Below are positions 27,699 through 38,381 of a stretch of 64,000 nt of DNA, piece after piece. Both the position numbers and the translations under genes were made by a program. Below the pieces are notes generated by a model. That model ran no database searches. It was not told where the DNA came from and saw only the letters and a list, made by a program, of their open reading frames with translations. Source of the DNA: Eledone cirrhosa (lineage: Eukaryota); NCBI GenBank assembly GCA_964016885.1, contig OZ024741.1:331328001-331392000 (forward strand), given 5' to 3'. Each line of letters opens with the position of its first letter. Within the stretch, counting starts at the first letter, position 1.

Positions 27699-28010
27699 AA
27701 TCAAGATTTTCAATGAGTTTAATAATTGTTTCTACTTTAGGCACAAGTCCAGCAATTATCCTAGTGTATTACTGGTGCTTTATTTTATCAACCCCGTAAG
27801 GATGAAAGGCAAAGTTAACCTTGGTGGGATTTGAACTCAAACCGTAAAAGTTATGGCCCTTTATGGTCTGAGTTCAAATCCCACCAAGGTTAACTTTGCC
27901 TTTCATCCTTATGGGGTTGATAAAATAAAGCACCAGTAATGTACTGAGATAATTGTTGGCCTTGTGCCTAAAGTAGAAACAATTATTAAACCCATTGAAA
28001 TTCTTGATTT
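27699..28010. repeat. ~150-bp-arm inverted duplication of SINE B plus flanking DNA
   Basis: aatcaagattttcaatg...tttgaactcaaaccgtaaaag, short loop, ctttatggtctgagttcaaa...cattgaaattcttgatt. Confidence 0.85.
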
Positions 28011-28597
28011 GAAATCCATAGGCAGCGTTGTTCAGTAGAAATATGGTAGTAAAAAGTTTATTGTTTCAAATATATTATCTACCAATTTATTATATAATTA
28101 TTCATTTCTGAAGACACTTATAAATAATCTGGTTATATTCCCAAGATTTGAGAAGATTTACTGAGCCTTTTAGAGTCAAGAAACATCTGATCTGATTTTA
28201 ACACATAAAAAAAAAAAAAAAAATCATAATTTTTCTTAAAATGAATTTCTTATAACACTGAGGTTTATTTAATTATTTACATGATGAGGTTGGTATAAAG
28301 TAGAATTGGTAGTGTACTAGTCTTGCAATGTTTGGTTATACCTCGTTTCTATGTGGGAATTTAAATCCTTACTAGTGTTAATTTGTCTTTCACTCTGCCA
28401 AAATTCAATCATCTATAACTCTTACATATTCATGACCTTGCACCAAAATTAGGAATTGTTATTTACACCAGAAGTCTGATGTAATTTGTTGTATTTCTAA
28501 AGCAATTTTTTCCATTTCTATGTTTTCCATTTCTATGTTGTTACAAAAATATTTTTTTCTATTCTGTTTCAGGAAAACTTTGGTGATTCCGACAGTG

Positions 28598-30979
28598 ATG
28601 TCTGGCAAAATATGGTTGTCTGCCTTTAAGATATTTTTGATATTTATTGGGTGTTGTTCTGCTACTACTTTTGATCTTACATATAGCATCGAAGAAGAAA
28701 AACCTTCTGTAAGTTATATTGGAGATATTGCAGTTGATTCTAAAATCGTTCATGAACTAGATTCTAAAAATCTAGAATCAATCACATTCAACCAGTTACA
28801 GCAGACTATGGTAGATACCCCATCATTATTCAATGTCACCAAAGCAGGGAAACTCTACACAACCGCATCTCTTAATGCTGAGAATCTCTGTAGCAAGAAT
28901 ACGGAATGTTTTCAACTTTTAAATGTGGCAGTTCAGCAAGGAGAATCATTTAAAAAAATCTTAAAGATCAAAGTATTAATTCAAGACATAAATGATTATC
29001 AACCAATATTTCCTAGTAACCAAACAAGCCTAAACTTTACTGAAACTGATGGTAAGGGAACAAAAATAGCAATTCCTAATGCAATAGATGGAGATATTGA
29101 AAATCCAAATAATCAAGTGACATATACATTAAAAGAACAATCTCATCCACATTTTGGTCTGTTTGTGCAAAAGAGGGAAGTTGGTGCTGACATAATAGAA
29201 GTTGTTTTGGAAGGAGAACTGGACAGAGAGTCTCAAGTGTCGTATATGTTGGAAGTTGTGGCATCTGATGGAGGTTTACCTCCCAAACAATCTGTTTTGT
29301 TAGTTAAGATATTGGTGACAGATGTGAACGACAACTGGCCACTTTTCTCACAAGAGGTCTATAATGTTTCTATAAAAAACACACATAAACCATCGTTACC
29401 CATTATAACAGTACATGCCACAGATAAAGATGCAGGTAATAATGGCAAAATTAACTACAAGTTGATACCTGATGTAAAATTATTTAAAATTAATCATGAA
29501 ACAGGAGATATTTTTCTAAATGAAAATTTCACTTCAGAGAAAAAAGAACGTTATAAGTTGATTATTGCAGCAGAAGATAATGGGAAAATTCCATTAGTTT
29601 CTAATGCTATAGTTAATGTAAACTTCTTGAACCAATACAACACTCCTCCAAAAATACTTATTAGTTTTGCAACCAGTTTTATAAAGAATACAGTTACCAT
29701 TTCAGAAGGGATTCCTGTTGGTAGCTTTATTGCTTATGTAATAGTTGTTGATAAAGATATTGGACAGAATGGAGATGTTGAGTGTCATTTAAAACATAGT
29801 AATTTTGAACTTCGAAAGTTAAACCCTAAAGAGTATAAAATTGTGATTAAACAACCTGTTGATAGGGAGACAACTGATCATTATAAGATCAATGTCTTCT
29901 GCCAGGATAAAGGACTATTTTCAGTGATGGTAAAAAATCATTTCTTCATCCGAGTAAAAGATATCAATGATGTACGACCACAGTTCAATAAAAAGGCATA
30001 TAAATTCCTGGTCTATGAGAACGAAAAAGCTAACTACCCTGTTGGTTTTGTCACTGCCACTGACTTAGATATGGGACCTGGAGGGCAACTGGAATTTTCT
30101 ATTTTGAGTAAGAACAAAAAGAAGCCGGTTTTTCAGATAAATAATGCCGGGTTTATTACGACAACAAAATTATTGGACTACGAACAAGAAAAACATTACC
30201 AATTCCATGTACTTGCCAAAGACAATGGCACACCATCCCTGAATGACACAGTAGGTGTTATTGTTGAAGTAATGGACAAAAATGACAATGCTCCCTATTT
30301 TAACTTCCCTACTATTAACCCTTTCAGCATGGATGTTCACTACCACCCACAAAGTGATAATGAAATCACTGTTTTAAAGGCTTCTGACAAAGACAGTGGA
30401 AGCAATGCTTTCCTCCATTATCAAATACTTGAAGGAAATGAACTGCAGTTGTTCATGTTGAAACCTTACTCTGGAGTATTATTGTTCTCACGCAAAGTTT
30501 ATCCGATTGATGCCGGAACATATAGACTTATCTTAGCAGTAAATGACAGTGGTGTGCCATCTCTGTCAGCAATGACCACATTGACTTTGACACTAACTGT
30601 CAGTAACAGCTCCTTACCAATGCTATCAGAAGTACAGGCTCAGTCAAAAAGAATGACTGATGTAAACTTATCGATAATAATAATAGTTGTGGCTGTAATA
30701 TTCTCAATAATTCTTGTAGTTTCAGCAACAGTGTGCATAGTTCGATATATAAATGTCACAAGTAGGACTCGAAATCAAAGACTAAATCAGTTAAATGAAT
30801 CTAACATTGATGGCAAACAGTTAATATACCAAGCAACTAGTCCTACTACATTAATAAGAGTCCCTGAAGAAGGTGCTAATGAGAATAATCCAGCAACAGC
30901 ACCATTTTATTCAGTAGTTGAATTACCTAGTGATTGGACGATAGCTACTCTTACTCGGAGACATCCAGTACCAACACAG
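28598..30979 (+). CDS. Protocadherin, large first coding exon: signal peptide, EC1-EC6, TM helix, proximal cytoplasmic tail
   Basis: ORF 28520..30994; likely start is MSGKIWLSAF at 28598, 25 nt after the acceptor ttttctattctgtttcAG (ends 28572). Hydrophobic signal peptide; cadherin motifs DINDYQP, LDRE, DVNDNWP, DKD, VDRE, DINDVRP, LDYE, DKNDNAP; TM LSIIIIVVAVIFSIILVVSATVCIV; consensus donor CAG|GTAAGT after 30979 (phase 0). Ectodomain plus TM in one exon is typical of protocadherins. Confidence 0.95.
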
Positions 30980-31497
30980 GTAAGTTATAAGTAATGGTTT
31001 CTACTTTCTACTTTTGGCTGAAGGTCAGCAATTCTTAGAGAAGGAGGAAGTCGATTAAATTGACCCCACTACTTGATTGGAGTTTTATTTTATCATAAAG
31101 GGTGATCGAACAAATTGACTGAAAGATCACATATCTCACTCACTTATCAAGTGGGGTGGAACATGTTAAATCGGACTGAGGAAACAATGTTTCCATTAAT
31201 CTTTTCATTGCTGATACTATCTACCTGTTGCAACTCCTAGCAGAAAGAGCAACATGAAATAAAGTGTCTTGCTCAAGGACGTAACACATAACACATCACT
31301 GCCACTACCACCAGCAGCAATACTACTCCATCAATAGAACCCCACTACCAATACCACCACCAACACCCCCTCCTCCTACTCACAATCTGAATCAAATCAA
31401 ATAATAATAATCTTCCACTGCTAACAAGGGCGTGATGATGGAGTAGTGAAATACAGTAATAGTCATTGTGAAGTGAACTGAAATGTTAGGGGGTGAG

Positions 31498-31588
<91 letters not shown>

Positions 31589-31834
31589 ATTTGCATGAAA
31601 TGTGTTTGGCATTTTCCCAGTTTCTCAGCAATAACAACAGATTCATTTGGTGAAACAGATTCATTTAATTCATTATGTATCAATATACGCTGTACAGTGA
31701 CTGAGTAATCTGGACATCTGGACATGGAGGAGGAAATTAGAAGATAAGGAAGGTACAACCTAAAACTGTAATAACAGCTAGATAAAGAGGGATGGAGCTG
31801 AATGTATAAAGTCATTAGCAGTGGTAATAATACA

Positions 31835-31879
<45 letters not shown>

Positions 31880-31881
<2 letters not shown>

Positions 31882-32725
31882 TTTCTTTATTGGCCACAAG
31901 GGCTGACATCAAGAAAAATATTACAGACGGCACAGGACGGTATGATGTGGGTTTTGTGCGTGTAAATATTTTTATTATTTATATAAGAAAAGAAAAAAAG
32001 ACATAGAAACATATATATATATATAAACAATAAAAATGAAAATTGAAACAATGAAAAATTCCCCAATAGGGGGGGAACCGCCGAGGGTTACTCGTGGCGA
32101 AAACCACACAAAAGACCACGGCCACCCTGACCACCAGGGCAAGCGCCCTCTCTCAATTTTTCCATTTCTCAAACTACAGACGTATATTCAGAGCGGTCCC
32201 GTTCACTCGGACCATTCTCGCTACATTCACCCACCTTTCAACAAACTTGCTAGAAGGCAGCACTTGCCTCTCCACCCTGATTTTCCTCTTCAAGTGAAAC
32301 TTGAAAAAGTTAATTAGGGATTCGCCGAAGAGGAAAGTGTCTGTCTTTAACCCTTTCAATCTTGTCCACCACACAATCTCTTTCGCCATGGCCACCAGGC
32401 AGATGAAAACCGCCTCCCCTTCGAAGGAAGACGGCGAGACCATCTGCACAATGGACTCAGTCGATAACCGGATCAGTCCTACACGCGACAGCAACTGTTC
32501 GACATAGCCCCACAAGTCAGCAATGCTCGGGCACTGAACGAGTGCGTGCATGACAGTTTCGTCGCTCTGCACACATCTCGGACAGGCTCGGCTGACGGCA
32601 CTTCTGTGCCTGTAGAGCTTATCTTGAACCGGCAGCGCTCCCCGGTAGTACTGCCAGGCCAGGGATTTTTGGAAGTTATCCATAGGCCCTGGGCTGAAAG
32701 TTCTCCGGAAGAGAGCAAACAGCTG
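31880..32725 (-). mobile_element. Tx1/L1-like LINE 3' end
   Basis: ALPVQDKL...CPRCVQSDETVMHALVQC (CCHC knuckle); 3' end abuts (TAA)n. Confidence 0.75.
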
Positions 32726-33199
32726 ATATAATAATAAATTATTTAAAGTGGGATTTAAAGTGGGAGTTAAAAAGGATTTGGAACTGCCATGAAATCAATG
32801 TCATCCCGATTGTCATAGGCACACTAGGTGCTATCTCAAAGAGTTTCCAAGGATGGTTAAAGAAGATTAGTCCAACCCCGCTTTTTGGAACACTTCAAAA
32901 GCATCCTTGCTGGGAACAGCAAGAACCCTCCGATACGTCCTGAATATCTGAGGCTGCAGGTAATGGCTTGATATTCATTTCAACAAACTTTAAATAACAT
33001 CAATGACTGAGACTCAAAGAACAATAATAATTGTTTCTACTTTTGGCACAAGGCCAGCAATTACCCAGTGCATTACTGGTACTTTATTTTATCGACCCCC
33101 ATAAGGATGAAAGGCAAAGTTAACCTCGGCAGGATTTTAACTCGGAACGTAAAGGGCCATAACTCTATGTTGTAATGCATGGTGTCTGACACCCTACCG

Positions 33200-34860
33200 A
33201 TACATGGTACCTCATTCTTGGATAACCAAAAGCCTAGAGATCTTCAAGGTGGCAGACAATATCAGACAGCTATTAAGTAAAAGTATGAAGTCCTGGGAAA
33301 TAGAACTAACATCAGGTGGAGAATCTTTGGGAGGCGTGAAGATCAAGAGAGGTATCTTCCAGGGAGATAGTTTGTCCCCTTTGTTGTTTGTCCTTACCCT
33401 CATACCCTTGTTCATCATATTTCGAAAGGTGAGAGCAGGATACAAGCTGGAAGAGGAGAACTTACCATAAACCACCTCCTCTTCATGGACGATCTTAAAC
33501 TCTTTGGGAAGAGTGCGAAGGAGTTGGATGTACTTGTTGACACTGTCCGTATTTTCAGCAATGATATATGTATGGAATTTGGTGTTAATAAGTGTGGAGT
33601 CCTAGTGATGAAGAGGGGGTAAATTGAGCAGAAGCAATGGAATCCAGGTACCAACAGGTGAGATGATAAAGGAAATTGACACTGAAGAGGGATACAAATA
33701 TTTAGTTGTTCTGGAGGCAGATGACATCAAGAACAAAAAAAATGAAGGAATTGATAAGATCTGAATACATAAAGAGAGTAAGGAACATACTAAAATCACA
33801 TCTAAATAGTACGAATGCCATAAGTGCCGTCAATTCCCGAGCTGTGCCTACTATTAGGTACAGTGCGGGCATTTTGAAATGGAACGTTGCTAAACAAAAA
33901 GAAATGGATAGGATGACTAGGAAGCTAATGACTATCTACAACATGTTCCACAAGAGAAGTGATGTTGATAGACTCTACTTAAAGAGATCTGAAGGTGGAA
34001 GAGGTCTTATCAGCATAGTGGACTGTGTTCAGATGGAGAAAAACAGTCTGCACAAATATGTGGCTGACAGTAAGGAGCCAATGCTCAAAATTGTACCAAA
34101 GGAGAAGACCAGGGGAAGTCCAAGGAAGAAATAACAACAAGGAGGAAGAGCAACCTTCATGAAAAATCCCTTCATAGCACCTTCTTTAAGAAAATGGAAT
34201 TCAGAGATCCTCAGACATGGAACTGGTTAAAAAGAGTAGACCTTAAAAAAGCTACAGGGGGAATGCTAATGGCTGCACAAGAGCAAGCCCTCAGAACGAA
34301 GTGGGTGAAAAACCATATTGACAAGGAGGAGGCTAGCTCACTGTGTAGGATCTGTGGAGAGAGAGAGGAGACTCTGGCTCACATTGTATCCAAGTGTAAA
34401 CACCTAGCCCAGACTCACTATAAAGGCTGGAGACATGATGTGATGGGCAGGGTGATCCACTGGCATCTATGCAAACTAAACAATTTACCACATTCTGAGA
34501 AGTGGTATGAGCATAAGCCAGAGTCGGTGATAGAAAACGATCAAGTGAAGGTGCTGTGGGATTTTAGGATACAGACGGACAAGAAATTAGAACACAATAG
34601 GCCTGATTGTAGATGTAGCCTGCCCATTTGACACAAGAGTGCAAGAAAAGGGGAGGGAGAAAATTAACCGATACCAGGATTTAAAGTGGGAGTTAAAAAG
34701 GATTTGGAACTGCTATGAGATCAAGGTCGTCCCGATTGTCATAGGAGCACTAGGTACTATCTCAAAGAAGATTAATCCAGCCCCATTTTATTCATTTCAA
34801 CAAACTTTCCAGTTAAATAACATCAATGACTGAGACTCAAAGAACAATAATAATAATAAT
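33200..34860 (+). mobile_element. R4/Dong-like non-LTR retrotransposon (RT, CCHC knuckle, restriction-like endonuclease), decayed
   Basis: RGIFQGDSLSPLLF, HLLFMDDL, CRICGEREETLAHIVSKC, RHD, WDFRIQTDKKLEHNRPD; ends in (TAA)n; second copy of the 3' end at ~32745-33030. Confidence 0.85.
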
Positions 34861-34864
34861 AATA

Positions 34865-36320
34865 ATGGTTTCTTTATTGGTCACAAGGGTTAACATGAAG
34901 AAAAACATTACAGATGGCACAGAACGGTACAGGACAATACAAAGTGGGTTTTGGCTGTGTAAAAAGGTTATAACAAGAAAATAGAAATGTGTAAAAACAA
35001 ATTAAAAATTTCAAACAACAAAAATTCCCCAACAGTGGGGAAACTTCTGAGGGTCACTTGTGGTGAAAACCACACAAAATATCACGGCCAACCTGACCAC
35101 CAGAGCAAGTGCCCTCTCTCAGTTCTCCCACTCCTCAGTCTACAGACACATATTCAGAGCAGGCCCGTTCACTTGGACCAGATTCGCCACTTTCACTCAC
35201 CGCTCAACAAACTTACTAGAAGACAGCACTTGCCTCTCCACCCTGATTTTCTTCTTCAAGTGAAATTTGAAAAAGTTAATCAGGGATTCACTGGAGAGGA
35301 AAGTAACCATCTTCAATCCTTTCAACCTTGTCCAGCACACAATATCTTTCACCATGGTCACCAGGAAGATGAAAACTGCCTGCCCTTTCTCTTCCTTAAA
35401 TGAGGACAGTGGGGCTATCTTCACAATGGACTCAGTCGATAACCAGATTCATCCTACATACAACAGCAATTGTTCGACATAGCCCCCTAAGTCAGCAATG
35501 TTCGGGCACTGAACGAGTGCATGTACGATGGTTTCATCGCCCAGTGCGCATCTCAGACAGGCTTGGCTGATGGCACTTCCATGCCTGTAGAGCTTATCTC
35601 GAACCGGCAACACTCCTCAGTAGCACTACCAAGCCAGGGATTTCTGGAAGTTGACCATAGACCCCGGGTTGAAAATTATCTTGAAGAGAGCGAATAGTTG
35701 ATCGTCTTTGATGCCCAGGGTCTCCACGAGGATGTCGTCACTCTTCCCCTCCACTAGACCTCTATAGAACACAGAGGTGGATGTTCCACCGATACTAGTG
35801 CCCAGCTGGTAGAGGGCGGTGAGTGCTTGGAGACATTCCAGCTTCCAAGCGCTATCCCTCAGTCTTTTCCTGATCCAGGACTGCAACTCCATCAAGGAGA
35901 TGAGCTGGGGAAAAACACGTCTGGCAAACAGCGACCACACCTGTTCACCATCAAGGAAGCACCAGAGATGTTGCAGCCTCCATGCATGTTTGCGCATCAT
36001 CAGCTACAGCATGCCCTGTCCTCCACACAACGGGTGCTAACAGCAGATGGATCATCTGACCGTGGAGCACGTCCCTTCCACAAAAAGTGGAAGAGGAGGC
36101 GCTCCATTTTTGTCAGACTTGGGTCAGAGAAAGGCACGACGGTCAAGTGGTAGCAGATGACGGATGTGATGTACGCATTCACCACCTCCGTCCAACCTTT
36201 CAGGAACAGCTTCCTCTTGGCCCATTTCTGAGTGAGAGAGGCCACCCTGCTCGTCTCCTTGCTCCAGTTTTTCTCCATCTGGAGGTCTGGACTGAACCAG
36301 ATCCCAAGCAGTTTACTGGT
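34865..36320 (-). mobile_element. Tx1/L1-like LINE 3' portion, same family as 31880
   Basis: ORFs 36000..36278, 35626..36000 and 35197..35424 (LLFHFLWKG, FQKSLAW, FFKFHLKKKIRVER). Confidence 0.75.
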
Positions 36321-37113
36321 ACTTTATTTTATCGACCCCAAAAGTAACATTGTTATTAAATATTTGTACCAATGAACTTTAACCTTAACAGTCAATACAA
36401 TATGAAGTTCATTTGCTACATAGCTGAATAAGATCTAAATTTAAAAGATCTAAAGTCTGTCTCAAGCCAGAAGTCTCATTAGGCCGGCACTTATCTCAGT
36501 TTCTTGGTGTGAAGCGACAGAGAATACAAGACTCTGCACCCCTGGACAGGACACCAGTCCATTGCAGGTACTTGTTTTCAGCTGAGTATACAGGAGTAAC
36601 GTGAAATGAAATGTTTTACTTAAGAACACAACATGCAACCCAGCCCATGAATTGAACTCATGACATTGTGGAGGCATGTGGCCAAATGGTAAGGGTGTTG
36701 GATTTACGATCATAGCTGAATAAGCAGGTGTAAATACTTTCTCCACCCAATATCCCTTCCTTTTGTTTAGACCTACCTATGCCAAAATTTCCCCTTACTC
36801 TTTTATGTTTATGTTTACAATATCAACTAAGTCTTATAACTCTGGAGTTTCACCTATGTACTCACAGGATCAACAGACAAAACTGTGACTACACAGGTGA
36901 AATGCCAGAGTTACAAAACTCACCACGTAGACATAATAAAAAAATATTTAAACTTTACTCTGGTATTGAGTATTCATTCTCACGTCTGTCAACATCACAT
37001 GTCCTAGGGTGTCAGCAGAAATTGTTTGCTTAAACTTTCAATCTGTGCTAATAATAATAATAATAATAATAATATATATATATTTATTTATACACACACA
37101 CAACACACATATA

Positions 37114-37175
<62 letters not shown>

Positions 37176-37554
37176 AATTTCCCACAATGCACTCTATATA
37201 TAAAAACAAAAGATTTTGTAGCCCACCTGAGGCACATTTCACATTTTACATAATTTATATATTGTCATTTTAACATAGTCAATATAAAAATAGAGAAGAA
37301 ATTTCCTCACAAGCTGAAGACTTTTACAAGTCTGTGTCTGAGTCTAGTTATGTTGTGAAAGAAAAACCAGACAATAACATACTGCTTACAGCTACCAGAC
37401 TTGTCTCTGGGAAGGTGAAGAAAACATACTATTCCTCTCCTCCACCACCACCACCACCTCTACCACCACCACTACCAACATTACTGCCACCACCACTGCT
37501 ACCACCGCCACTACCATCACTACCACCATCATGATCACCACAACCACCACCACC

Positions 37555-37870
37555 GCAACCATAGAAACCATGCTCTTAGTACACATTGTAAAGTGGTTTG
37601 TGTTAAGAAGGGCAACCAGCTCTAGATACTATGCTCACAGTACACATTGTAAAATGGTTGGTGTTAGGAAGGGCATCAAGCCATAGAAACCATGTTCTTA
37701 GTACATTCTATTAAGTGGTTGGTGTTAGGAAGGGCAACCAGCCATAGAAACCATGCTCTCAGAGTATACACTGTAAAGTGATAGGTGTTAAGAAGGGCAT
37801 CAAGCCATAGAAACCATGCTGTAAAGTGGTTGGTGTTAGGAAGGGCACGCAGCTGTAGAAACCATGCAAA
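37555..37870 (+). repeat. ~60-bp tandem array derived from SINE A / RTE 3'-UTR-like sequence
   Basis: About five units of ...tgtaaagtggttggtgttaggaagggca...gccatagaaaccatgct. Confidence 0.75.
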
Positions 37871-38236
37871 AAATGGAATGTCTGAACATGGTATAGTCAG
37901 CTGACCTGTCAAATCCCAGTGTGTGACAACTTATCTAATCCATGCCTGCATAGAAACTGGATGTAAAACAGTGATGATGATGATGATGTACAGTCCATCT
38001 GACAAGCATCTGACAGGCTTCCAGACAGTTTCTGCCTATCCAATTTCACTCACAAGGCTTGTGTCAACCTGAAGCTCTGATAAATGACCATCACTACCAT
38101 TACCACCACCAGCACCACCATTATCCCCCCTACCTACCACCACCACCACCACCACCACCTAATACCCTTAATGTTGTTACCATGTTGTCATTCCAATTCA
38201 CATAATTTACATGAGATAAAAACCTTCTTTCCATAG

Positions 38237-38381
38237 GAGAGCAGACCTCCACATATAACCGAAGATGGTGCTAAAGAAGGGAATGGTATTAATACAATTG
38301 GTAGAAGAGGCACCAGTCGCAGAGATAGCGAAAATGGATGGCGAATAGATGATTCAACAAAACATTATGAAGAAATACCAG
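38237..38381 (+). CDS. Protocadherin cytoplasmic exon (ESRPPHITEDGAKEGNGINTIGRRGTSRRDSENGWRIDDSTKHYEEIP)
   Basis: Acceptor ccttctttccatAG ends 38236; phase-0 entry matches the 30979 donor; 48 open codons of unique sequence ending in a HYEEIP tyrosine motif; possible phase-1 donor CAG|GTTATT after 38381. Confidence 0.7.

Noticed and set aside
28520-28597. N-terminal 26-aa extension of the protocadherin ORF
   Set aside because: It spans a polypyrimidine tract and acceptor AG; the signal peptide fits a start at 28598.
36779-37033. 84-aa ORF in the protocadherin intron as an extra exon
   Set aside because: The acceptor read in phase 0 hits a stop after six codons, and the nearby donors examined are not in a phase that joins exon 38237.
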